In this document: positions 46,001 to 52,895 of the stretch, piece by piece
How the letters are laid out: every line of letters begins with the position of its first letter
Numbering within the stretch: position 1 is the stretch's first letter
Source: a virus
Lineage: Duplodnaviria; Caudoviricetes
Length of the DNA: 52,895 nucleotides
Reading direction: 5' to 3' (one strand)
IMG/VR virus record: IMGVR_UViG_3300032050_000187
Coordinates: 1 to 52,895 of that record
Notes under the pieces: generated by a model
Database searches by the model: none
Told to the model about the DNA's origin: nothing
The model's input: only the letters and a program-made list of their open reading frames with translations
Position numbers and translations under genes: made by a program

Positions 46001-47675
46001 CTTCGGGCAACACCACACGACCCGGCTCCTGGCCCAAACGCTGGATGCCCAGACGCTCAGGGGCCACACGACGCGCAATTTCTGCGTCTTGTGCAATGCG
46101 CTCTTCTTCGGCTCGTTGGGCTTCCAACGCTGCTTGCTCTTCATCCTCAACCGTTTCTAAGCGAACTTCTTTGGCTGCGGTGGTGGCTGCGGCCCCTGCT
46201 TGTTTGCTTTGCTTGAGGCTGGCGTTGACCTTAAGCTTGAGCTTGTTGTACAGCGCGTCGGTTTTTGTGTCGCTCAAACCGGGGATGGGCGGGCGCTCTT
46301 CAACCAGCTTGCTGGCCTGCGCCGTATCGCGCATCAAGTACCCTAGCACATCCTCTGTGGTGAACCCATACGGGCGGTTCTGCGCGGCTTGAATCTGCGA
46401 CACAGCGTACTGCTGCAACGGTGACAGAGGCTTTTCCGTCTCGGTCGGACCTTCGCCCAGGCGGTTGATGAAGAACTCTTCAGCGCTTGGCTGGGGTCTT
46501 TCTGCGGGGATTTTGGCCCCTTGCTGGTCAAGGAAGAACTCCTCGGGAGTCATTGCCTTGACGCGCTCGTACTCTGCCTGTGCCTTGGCACGCTCCTCGG
46601 CTTGCGCTTCGTACTGCTTCAAAAACGCCGCCTGCTCCTTGGCCAGCCGTGCGGCTTGGTCCTTGGCTGCTTTGGCTTGCTTTGCAGCTTCTCGCTTGGT
46701 TGGCTCTGCAACCGCTTCCTCTTCTTCAGGCGCTACTCCTGGCACACGCAAGGTGGGTTCGGGAATGGCCTCGGCTTCGCCAAGGGCGGGAGGAACAAAG
46801 GCTTCGGGGGTTTGTGCAGTTGGCTGCGCCGCTACTGCGCCAGCAGCGGCTGGGCCTTTGGCACGGCGACCAATGGCCATGTCAAGCAGACCTTGAACCA
46901 ACGCGCCAGTAGCACCGCCGTATGCAGCGGACTCGCCCACCTGCTCAATGATTGCTTGCTCTGGTTTGTAGATGCCTTTGGCAATCAAGTTCTGGGCAAC
47001 TTGTGATGCGGCTTCTTGTGCAGCTTCCTCGCCACCTGCCGTCAGTGCTCGTTTAACCGCAGCAACAGCACCTGCTTGTACGGGAGCCGCCAAACGTCCA
47101 AGAATCCTGGCCGGGGCAAACATCTCTGTTAAACCCACCGCACTGCCAAGACCAGTAGCTAAAGACCGTTGATCTGCGCTTGCTTCGCCTTGTTCAGCCC
47201 TTACTCTGGCCTCACCCGCGCCAGCACCGACACCCAGCCCGGCCATGCCCACACGCCCTGCAACACCCAACGGCCCCATGGCCAAAAATGGCGCAACAGA
47301 ACCAACCGATTCGCCGAGCTTTCGCCCGACAGTCTCTTCGTACCCAGGAGCGGCAGCAAACGGTTCGCGTGCCGAAGCCGCCAAACTGCTGATTGTTTTG
47401 CGTGCAGAACGTTCTTGCTCGTCGGGCAGCAGCGCGGACAGACCCGTGCCAGCCGACTCTGCCAAACCAATAGCGCCAGGGACAAGACCCTTGGCAAACT
47501 CTTTGATCTGGCCCCCAACGGTTGGGGTTTCTTTGGGTTTTTCTTTTTTGGTGTCGTCTAGCGTATCGCCTTCGGCGATCATGCCCCTAGCAATTTGAGC
47601 CAAGCGTTTTGCTGCTTCGGTGTCTCCAGCAGCATCGGCATTGCGGAGTGCTTGAAAAACTTGGCTCAGTTCCAT
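40056..47675 (-). CDS. Giant internal virion/ejection polyvalent protein with zincin-like and LPD38 domains
   Basis: 2539 aa; Gly/Ala-rich N-terminus, long coiled coils, GVYD...AHEVAGHFGL...EEVLA, C-terminal RIPVPFEIG..FK.IPE...ANYSFFT.RP. Confidence 0.8.
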   Translation of the reverse strand: MELSQVFQALRNADAAGDTEAAKRLAQIARGMIAEGDTLDDTKKEKPKETPTVGGQIKEFAKGLVPGAIGLAESAGTGLSALLPDEQERSARKTISSLAASAREPFAAAPGYEETVGRKLGESVGSVAPFLAMGPLGVAGRVGMAGLGVGAGAGEARVRAEQGEASADQRSLATGLGSAVGLTEMFAPARILGRLAAPVQAGAVAAVKRALTAGGEEAAQEAASQVAQNLIAKGIYKPEQAIIEQVGESAAYGGATGALVQGLLDMAIGRRAKGPAAAGAVAAQPTAQTPEAFVPPALGEAEAIPEPTLRVPGVAPEEEEAVAEPTKREAAKQAKAAKDQAARLAKEQAAFLKQYEAQAEERAKAQAEYERVKAMTPEEFFLDQQGAKIPAERPQPSAEEFFINRLGEGPTETEKPLSPLQQYAVSQIQAAQNRPYGFTTEDVLGYLMRDTAQASKLVEERPPIPGLSDTKTDALYNKLKLKVNASLKQSKQAGAAATTAAKEVRLETVEDEEQAALEAQRAEEERIAQDAEIARRVAPERLGIQRLGQEPGRVVLPEGGYASDTGKLLSERFPSKQQEIIETPEKPEEMPLVDQLIQTLPLTNGRITPGRVVEGVGASPSQNLKDLQTQFQIARITRDRKTQEALLTEMRTAKEQGAVEGRGKLTRELQEGMLPEERAQEAAADQHADTQRIQLLGLIKTLDTARTGKLVLPAKREAQISAAKEAFVVAHAAEIEARRKAFGLPEMADWEKAEARARSLEALNELESRYGTFGAPAQAVKVLQGQTRDAVYQNLQNAATRMLEQGQVDLEGKTKKPSGAGPRIAAPDELTLRGEPREAKTEKQRALNVIEMVLRSAETRTRAAPVLEKQEANTLADLAKILAAAKVSGNTNPGFLATGTPTKADAATVDLLTRLRDALETTNDPEFISLAREQATMVAEGNLPNPFAVRDLGEMLKAQEVSGRSAAAPLSKEETAAVARGEKLTFTDLEGKTRTKNTEAQPQLEMFPEAGAQVARATPSNFQKLLDSKDVQGMRDAIQKQRADNLAALQSVGKALPTITNRYNAAKTKHDKQVKKARETGALALGWKDEMRSDLEAVRQEAQDARNEHIVPLQQALREIDDVKAAVLQEPSDMRTLLKINNLLAQEPALRKKLADLEAVVTPLEDLAAQIGAEIKAYTDIAQPALKEFEKAQVEADEAKAELDKVTQEKREAERVEKAGAEAEKRRAEQEATAEETRLRQAAQRGREGLGLEGVRLEKDTTQMRQEMSKIRRAIGSLNDQLDKATNEDTKAELRQKIADQESKLENVFQNAPLVKTELRTREDEEARRDTEDRRAAAEAVVAARRRKAKGEKAPKLKPVKQASLVKEVLGSRVTQPRPQVSLEEVGVAVTNRLMKVNTDLADVQRRMQFLRSTGKAKVKGKLTPLMKDLEAKEATLKGTLSALRQRQSKVTGAAKAATLTYTKAKEAEENLELKAERKGVFRTSIQAGPGMQSQQVKRLVDRILSDWAITPEVSVVENESELPQRIQDQAAKDGVTGRIPGVYDPNTKTVYLVASNLHTGNDVGLTIAHEVAGHFGLREMLGGTYAKTMNSLYDGNVTVRREADAKMGANKNLSREVAVEEVLADMAETGAEPTADSRSALRRLFETIKQWFSNTFGVKGVTDNEVRQIVANARKYVQEGVGALGGEAATGEATYRTAKAPGFEDALATTDQLIAKPKSIGQQIQSNLGLAGRTQWLDRLAPLEKIAREMADPFKGTRMMYYLRMADQKMSFVQQSVARGVPQLVDHKRADGQIEKLIESVEGPNLAGVVETLKGAPGMNAEAANRLFTLYLANKRAENPNVGYDKLNYGISKEQIQRAASQIDSNPEVKAVFEKARKQYNEYNRSLMKFMEDTGALSPEEAKRLAATNDYIPYYRERNGNAELVIGGEGTFKVGNLKDQPQLQQLIGGDQKIYDFLTSSVQNTSVLLDAALRNQATKNTMIDLVDMGLGRFISPTSGPDVVSFKLKGEDKYVLVETDKTGIPADLLVKGMAGIPVNNSAIVRAMGYAATMVRKGVMLSPLYPVRQLFRDSVAAPILSGANFTPIMGAIRQLGGSATKEKLEARGITGGQVFTGTNEDLTRILKDFQDGKLGLSQLVARAEGIAMEADAATRRAQYNSYINQGLSEMEATLMSLESMNFNRKGLSPSARFLSTAIPFFNAQVQSLDVLYRALTGKMPLNERLDIQGKLLRRGALLSGTAIAYAMLMQDDEAYKNATPEQKYGNFFVRIPGLDEPLRIPVPFEIGYIFKGIPEALVNSMANERGAEEAYKAFKSIAIQTIPGGTSLLMPALAKPIIENVANYSFFTERPLESRAEQQMLPEYRFRDNTSEVAKQIGMLTGTSPLKIENLVRGYTGTMGLALAQSLNFAMPSPPKGTPEQATKRLSDTPVIGSMFQPNDAAGIVSATYDRMQEVQQIDKTFKDMVKDGRMSEAREFLQKNSKEIAAGAVAGNIQEQLSTITKAMNAIKASNLTPDKKREELDKLQQLRIKLAESARGYLG

Positions 47676-47687
47676 TTTTGCTAATTT

Positions 47688-49880
47688 TTAGTTTTTGGCG
47701 TACTTATCAACAAGGGCCATGTCAGCGGGAGAGTACTTGTTACCCGCCCCTCCAAGGATTGTAGGCGAAATCCCATACTGTGCAAACTTCTCCATGCGCA
47801 AGCGGTTGTACAGCTTGGCACGCTCTTCTGGATTGGTCATCAAGAACACGTTGTCTTTTGCCATGGCCGTAAACGCATCGTGCGCAGACTTCTCTGCGGC
47901 CCCGATCAGGTCTTTGTCTTTGGCCCCGCGCTCGATAGCTTCTGTCCCGGCAGCGTAGTACTTGCTCATGGCATCGCGGTATGCGGCTTCGGCCTCATTC
48001 TTACGCCCAGCTTGCACCATCTGCAATCCTTTGAGACCGCCTTCGCCAATGTTGGTGAGCGCGTTGGGCGACTGCCCGCTCAGTATGCCCAGACCAATCA
48101 TCAGGAAGTCTTCGCCCGACATACCTTTGCGTTCGCTCTTGGGCGTGGCTTCCTTGCCAATTTCTTTGACCTCCTTGGGAGACGGCGGTTCCGCAGGCAT
48201 CTGCCCGGTGTTTTCACCAAACTCTCTAAAAGAAACGGGCGTTGCGCCTGTAATAACGTTGGGGCCGTCATCCATGTTGCCAAGCGCCGTTGAACCAGCG
48301 GCAAGTGTGGCCAACCCTGTTTTAGCAGCCTGACCTTGACTGGCAGCAGCGCCCACTTGGGCAGCGTGTTCGGCTTCTCTTGCAATGGATGCGGCTTGGA
48401 TTTTCTCTGCCGCGCTGGCAGGCCCGGCTTGTTGCGCAAATCGTTCTGCTGCTTGCACAGGTTGTACGGCTGCTGCGCCATCGCCCACTGCCCCTTGCGC
48501 TTTTCTCAGTTTCTCCAGGTTCGATGCTTGGGCCATCTTCTCCAGGCGGGAAGCGTCTTCCGCCACGGGAACCATCCGAGCGCCGGGTGCTACCAAGTCC
48601 GTGATGCCTTGGCCTGCGGGAGTGACAGGGGTAGTTGGCCCTGGCAGTTTGGCTTGCGGCCCGGTGAGCAGTCTCTGCTCTTGTCCGCCAGTACGCGCAG
48701 CCGCAGCCATCTCTGCCTTGGCCGCAGCGATTTGTGCCTCAGTCATGTTCTTGCCGGGAGCAATTTTGCCGTACAGCTTCTCGCCCAGATTGGCTAAGCC
48801 GCCAAGAACACCAGGGCCAGTTTTGGGCACCATGCTGGCAGGGGCCAGCGGTGTCGGAGCCATGAGCGTGGTGTATGCCTGACGCCCAACATCTTGTGGC
48901 AACCCCACAGACGTAGCCCCGCGCTGGAAACTTTCAGAAGACAAGAACCCGCCCTCTGGTGCTTTGGGTGGTGCTTTAGCCGTTTGGCCAGGAATGAGGC
49001 TGGCTAAACCCTCGTCAGTTTTGCGGGGGAGTTCCGCCGCCGCCGCAGAGGGGAACACAGAAGTTGCCAAGTCCGCCAAACGGGACTGCCACCCGGATTT
49101 ATACGGCGCAAATTTCTCTGGGTCTTTTTTAATCAATGCGGCGTAGTGTTGCTCTCGCGCTGCCAGAATTTTTGAAGGTTCTCCGCCAGACTGTTCTACC
49201 AGTCTATTTGCAGGAGTAACGCCCATATTGACAGCAGTATCAAACGCAACCGTAGCAAGCGCGGGGTTCTTTTTGGCCAGTTCGTCACCACCAATTTTGT
49301 CCCAGTACCGTTCTCGGTAAATGCGTTTGGCGTCTTTTTCTGTCAGCTTGGCAATATCAAGGTCAGGATTTGCGTCTTTGTTAATGCCAAATTTAGACGG
49401 CCCTTTGCCTGCGTCATTGGCAACATACCCGCCCTCGTACCGCATAACACGGCGAAACGCCTCATCAAACGGATCAGACCCAGTAAAGACGCCGCCTGCA
49501 TACCCAGGAACTTCCCCGCCTTCTTCAAACGCAACAATGCCACCCCCGGCCATACCTTGCATATTAGGCGCTGGGAGTTGGCCAATACCACTGTCTTCTG
49601 GAAGCTGTTGGGGCGGCATACCTTGTGGCATACCTTGTGGCATACCTTGTGGGGGCATGGCAGGCGCGCCCATCTGTGCCACTTCTTGGTCAACCACTTT
49701 GGGTTGCGGTTGCGGTTGCTGTTGCATCTGCGCAGCTTGGCGCATCTGTTTGCGGCGGTTGGACTCGGACAGCGCCAGTGACAGCGTGTAAGGGTCGGTC
49801 TTGTGCATGGCTGCAAACTGTTGCAGCGCTTGATCGGGCATCCGGGCCAGTTGCGCGGTGATTTGGTTGACGTTAATCAT
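47688..49880 (-). CDS. Internal virion protein with GH108 lysozyme domain
   Basis: EGGYVAND...KFGI...IYRERYW...FDTAVNMG embedded in Ala/Gln-rich sequence. Confidence 0.8.
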   Translation of the reverse strand: MINVNQITAQLARMPDQALQQFAAMHKTDPYTLSLALSESNRRKQMRQAAQMQQQPQPQPKVVDQEVAQMGAPAMPPQGMPQGMPQGMPPQQLPEDSGIGQLPAPNMQGMAGGGIVAFEEGGEVPGYAGGVFTGSDPFDEAFRRVMRYEGGYVANDAGKGPSKFGINKDANPDLDIAKLTEKDAKRIYRERYWDKIGGDELAKKNPALATVAFDTAVNMGVTPANRLVEQSGGEPSKILAAREQHYAALIKKDPEKFAPYKSGWQSRLADLATSVFPSAAAAELPRKTDEGLASLIPGQTAKAPPKAPEGGFLSSESFQRGATSVGLPQDVGRQAYTTLMAPTPLAPASMVPKTGPGVLGGLANLGEKLYGKIAPGKNMTEAQIAAAKAEMAAAARTGGQEQRLLTGPQAKLPGPTTPVTPAGQGITDLVAPGARMVPVAEDASRLEKMAQASNLEKLRKAQGAVGDGAAAVQPVQAAERFAQQAGPASAAEKIQAASIAREAEHAAQVGAAASQGQAAKTGLATLAAGSTALGNMDDGPNVITGATPVSFREFGENTGQMPAEPPSPKEVKEIGKEATPKSERKGMSGEDFLMIGLGILSGQSPNALTNIGEGGLKGLQMVQAGRKNEAEAAYRDAMSKYYAAGTEAIERGAKDKDLIGAAEKSAHDAFTAMAKDNVFLMTNPEERAKLYNRLRMEKFAQYGISPTILGGAGNKYSPADMALVDKYAKN
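49615..49650. repeat. 3 x 12-bp coding tandem repeat (PQGM)
   Basis: GGCATACCTTGT x3. Confidence 0.9.
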
Positions 49881-49889
49881 GGATGTTCC

Positions 49890-51236
49890 TTACGCCATTT
49901 TGGAGAGTGCCAGCTCGGCCAGACCTGCTGGGCGCTGCTCGGCTTTAACTTTGCCGCCCTTTTTCATACCCGCCATTCTGCTCAAGCCGTAGCCTGCCAT
50001 GCCCAGACCTGCCAGTTGCGACACATTGCTGGGAGCAGCTTGGTACATATTGGTGCTGGTGGACTGCATCGGCAAGCCGCGCAGCATGTTGCTCATAAAG
50101 GCCAACTGCTGCTGGGGGTACTGCTGCGCCATGGCGTAGTTCTGAATCTGCTGGTTCAGGATGCCTTGCTGCTGCGCTTGTTGCTGAGCGCCCATTTGGT
50201 TTTGCAAGTTGATGTTGCCAAGCTGTTGACCATACTGCGTCTGGCCCAACTGGCCCAACTGACCAGCGGCTTGCAGCCCGGTCTGCATCCCTTGCATCCC
50301 GTAGCCTGCACCGTACTGCTTGGACTGCTCCGCAGCTTGTTGCGCCGCCAAATTTGCTTGTTGATTGGCCAGTTGCGCTTGCATGTTTTGGCCCGCGCCA
50401 AGCTGCTGAATGCCCAGTTGTGCGTTGAGGTTTTGACTGCCAACTTGCAGCCCCGCCCCCTGATTGGCCATCTGTGCTTGCAGGTTGGCTTGCTGTTGTT
50501 GATTGAACTGTTGCTGCGCGTTCTGGAACGCCGCGTTCTGCCCCTGCGCTTGGATGTCCCCCTTCTGGGTAGCCAAGTTACGCGCGGCTTCTGCTTCCAT
50601 CAACCCCGCACGGGAGCCGCCAAATGCGCCAGAGCGCACGGCCTGACCAGCACGCTGGGTGCCTGCAATATCGGCTTGGCGCTGGGCTTCGCGTTGCTGA
50701 ATGTCCACCACATTTTGCATGTAGGGGTTCATGTACTGGCTGACGTTTGAGCCCGTGTAATCCTGCGTGCCAACTTGCTGTGCTGGCCCCATCTGGTACT
50801 GTTGCAACTGAGGCGCGGTTGCTTGCTGGGCGTTGAATTGCGTGGGGTCGTACTGGGACCCCATGGCGCGTTGGCCTGCCAAGCCTGCCAGCCCGGATGC
50901 CGTGTCCAACTGAGGCGAAGTGCCCATATTGGCCGCGCCCTTGAATGACTGCTCCTGCATGGGGCTAAACCCTGCAACGTACTTGGACGGGTCTTCGCTA
51001 AAAGGCGTGTAGCCCTTTATGCTGGTGGCAAACTTCTGCCCCGTAGCCGGGTCAGTCTCGTAGTTGTACAACTGCTGCTGGGTTGTGCCCAACATCGTTT
51101 CTACATACGGACGCGCATATTCAGGAATATTGGTGTTGGCAACAGTGGTTTGCGTAGGAGCTTGTTGCCCGCCCCCTCCGCCCACATACAGGCGTGGCCC
51201 CATGAAAAAGTCAAGTATGTCGGTAAATTTGAACAT
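49890..51236 (-). CDS. Gln-rich DNA ejection/pilot-like virion protein
   Basis: QYMNPY...GAFGGSR...Gln/Ala/Gly-rich helices. Confidence 0.7.
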   Translation of the reverse strand: MFKFTDILDFFMGPRLYVGGGGGQQAPTQTTVANTNIPEYARPYVETMLGTTQQQLYNYETDPATGQKFATSIKGYTPFSEDPSKYVAGFSPMQEQSFKGAANMGTSPQLDTASGLAGLAGQRAMGSQYDPTQFNAQQATAPQLQQYQMGPAQQVGTQDYTGSNVSQYMNPYMQNVVDIQQREAQRQADIAGTQRAGQAVRSGAFGGSRAGLMEAEAARNLATQKGDIQAQGQNAAFQNAQQQFNQQQQANLQAQMANQGAGLQVGSQNLNAQLGIQQLGAGQNMQAQLANQQANLAAQQAAEQSKQYGAGYGMQGMQTGLQAAGQLGQLGQTQYGQQLGNINLQNQMGAQQQAQQQGILNQQIQNYAMAQQYPQQQLAFMSNMLRGLPMQSTSTNMYQAAPSNVSQLAGLGMAGYGLSRMAGMKKGGKVKAEQRPAGLAELALSKMA

Positions 51237-51246
51237 CACAATGCCC

Positions 51247-51660
51247 TCATATTTTTGTTTCAACCACGGTATAGCGCCGTGTAAATCCCTGGCTCTCCAA
51301 GAGACGCACCATGGCTGGACGCCCTCCTGCTTGAATCTTGGTAGCGCCCATGCCGCGCAACACCGCTTTTAACTGGTCCAGTACTGGCTCGTTGACAATC
51401 CCGGCACCCCCGGCGCTGGTCACAAACGCCACCCGATCATTGGGGTAGTTTTGAAAAGCAATTGTCATCGCCCCGTTAACTTGATTGTCTTCGTCAGTAG
51501 CCACTAACAAAGTCCAGTGTCCCAACGTGACGTACATTTTGATCTGCTCAAGCGAGTAGTCGTCTTCGCCAAACTTTTCTGTTGCAGCAATGAATTTCTC
51601 CACCAGCGGCCAAGTCTGGGCAGCGTACTGTTGCGGAACATGCTGGACAGTGAGCGTCAT
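51247..51660 (-). CDS. Putative GNAT-fold protein
   Basis: 137 aa alpha/beta; GATKIQAGGRP...LESQGF; located among ejection genes. Confidence 0.5.
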   Translation of the reverse strand: MTLTVQHVPQQYAAQTWPLVEKFIAATEKFGEDDYSLEQIKMYVTLGHWTLLVATDEDNQVNGAMTIAFQNYPNDRVAFVTSAGGAGIVNEPVLDQLKAVLRGMGATKIQAGGRPAMVRLLESQGFTRRYTVVETKI

Positions 51661-52652
51661 GCTGGCATGTACTTGGTCGGGTTGATCTGCTTGGCTTGAG
51701 CCTTTTTGCCTGTCCTGGCGGCGCGAACCCGGTCCATCATCTTGTACAACTGCTTGGCCCCAGCGTCCGATGAGCCGTTACCCAAGCCCGACACCACATC
51801 GGCAGAAACCACAAACTCGTCGTTGGCCAACCGGGCGGGTTGCTTGCCTGCAATGGTGGCAGGGATGCTGTCACTCATGCCGTCTCCTGGGCCTTTGAGC
51901 ATGCGCCCACCACCTGCGTAGTCCGCGTAATCACCAAGGTCAGCCAAACCGCCGCCAGCCATGTTGCGGTAGTCTTTGTACACCGGGGTGTAGGGGGTAG
52001 GCGGCTTGACCTCAAGTGGCTGGTAGCGGTTGGGGTCGTACTTAAGTTGATTTAGCGGGCCGTCATACGGGGTTTGGCCGGGAGGAGCGCCCTTGCGATC
52101 TGCGTACATAGCAGCGGCGGCAAGCGGGATGCCATATTTGGCTACGGTAGGGAGTTTTCCGTATGCGGTAGTGGCTTGGTCAAACAGACTTGGAAGGCCG
52201 GGAGTAGGAGTGGGTGCGGCAGTACTCGCGCCTGCATTAGCAACAAGATCAGGACCGCCCATAGGAACCGCGCCGGGAGCCGCCCCCGGCACAGGAACAG
52301 GAGTTGCCGTTGTAACAGGAACCGCCGCACCTTCTCCGCCAGACATTGCATCTAACCCAATCGCTGAGTCGTACCCGCCAGTAGGGGTGGGGGTGGCAAA
52401 TGCGGAAGCACCAGCAGCGCCAAGTGAAGCGCCAGCGTAACCTTGAAGACCGTAATTTATGCCTTCGCTAATGCTGCCTTTGTCAATTGCCCGGCCAGCC
52501 CCAAGAATTGCTCCCATTTCAACAGGCGACAAAGGCACGCCAAAATAAGTAGCAGTCGCAGAAGCGATCAACGGCGCATTCTGTGAAAGACTCAAATCTT
52601 TATCAAGTTGGGCAAGCTCTTTGCCGGGGTCGAATCCGCCGCCACCGCTCAT
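51657..52652 (-). CDS. Internal virion protein
   Basis: C-terminal GPGDGMSDSIPA...ARLANDEFVVSADVV; SD AGGAG. Confidence 0.7.
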   Translation of the reverse strand: MSGGGGFDPGKELAQLDKDLSLSQNAPLIASATATYFGVPLSPVEMGAILGAGRAIDKGSISEGINYGLQGYAGASLGAAGASAFATPTPTGGYDSAIGLDAMSGGEGAAVPVTTATPVPVPGAAPGAVPMGGPDLVANAGASTAAPTPTPGLPSLFDQATTAYGKLPTVAKYGIPLAAAAMYADRKGAPPGQTPYDGPLNQLKYDPNRYQPLEVKPPTPYTPVYKDYRNMAGGGLADLGDYADYAGGGRMLKGPGDGMSDSIPATIAGKQPARLANDEFVVSADVVSGLGNGSSDAGAKQLYKMMDRVRAARTGKKAQAKQINPTKYMPA

Positions 52653-52677
52653 AGCGTACTCCTGGTTAATTGTTCAA

Positions 52678-52706
52678 ATGGTATCATGTTGAGAGCGCCG
52701 AGACAA
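52678..52706 (-). promoter_or_regulatory. Promoter for ejection-protein genes
   Basis: TTGTCT-17-TACCAT with extended -10 TGn. Confidence 0.5.
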
Positions 52707-52895
52707 ATGAAAGCGTTGCTACGACGGACTGGGTTGACGGCTTGGTTGGAGTTCCAGATGCAGCGAGGTGCTGGATACTTACAGCGGTATTAGTTACAGA
52801 CCAGTAAATCTCAACGTAGTCGCTTGCCTGCATCTCGACAAAATAATTCCAGCCAACAATTGAATGCCCGTCTGTTCCAGCGTGCCTGTTTGGAA
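52684..52895 (-). CDS. Virion protein C-terminus (partial)
   Basis: ...PNRHAGTDGHSIVGWNYFVEMQASDYVEIYWS...SVVATLSFVSALST*. Confidence 0.65.
   Translation of the reverse strand, partial: PNRHAGTDGHSIVGWNYFVEMQASDYVEIYWSVTNTAVSIQHLAASGTPTKPSTQSVVATLSFVSALST

Noticed and set aside
40056-47675. Giant virion protein as an N4-like virion RNA polymerase with hairpin promoters
   Set aside because: No recognisable polymerase motifs; the C-terminus is LPD38-like and promoters look sigma70-type.
52820-52850. Apparent frameshift in the last partial gene
   Set aside because: Recounting the T run shows the frame is intact (WNYFVEMQ).

Overview
Most of the genome of a GC-rich tailed dsDNA phage, most likely a podovirus. 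It has three blocks. (1) 1-16329 is a leftward late operon: terminase small and large subunits, portal, GroES-like co-chaperonin, scaffold, Mu gpT-like major capsid, small basic head proteins, head-tail and tail proteins, and an S74-chaperone tail fibre. (2) 17078-40093 is a rightward early/middle arm of about 40 small genes and an M28 peptidase, followed by a replication module (VRR-NUC, PolA, Cas4-like nuclease, HNH, SNF2 helicase, SSB-like protein, primase-DUF927 helicase). (3) 40056-52895 holds leftward internal virion/ejection genes, including a GH108 lysozyme fusion and a 2539-aa LPD38 polyvalent protein. No integrase, RNA polymerase, tRNA or CRISPR array was seen. The most striking unexplained signal is a candidate ~130-nt small RNA at 16379-16508 with its own promoter and terminator. 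Its seed (CUCAUUUGCUUCUCCUCC) is complementary to a translation-initiation sequence repeated in front of many early/middle genes and largely absent from late genes, which suggests an RNA-based early-to-late switch. Other notable items are a 56-aa early protein carrying a copy of a major-capsid segment, two families of repeated palindromes, an origin-like inverted-repeat element, and a Mu-gpT-DE-like RNA after the capsid gene. All family assignments come from recognising motifs by eye; no database search was run.
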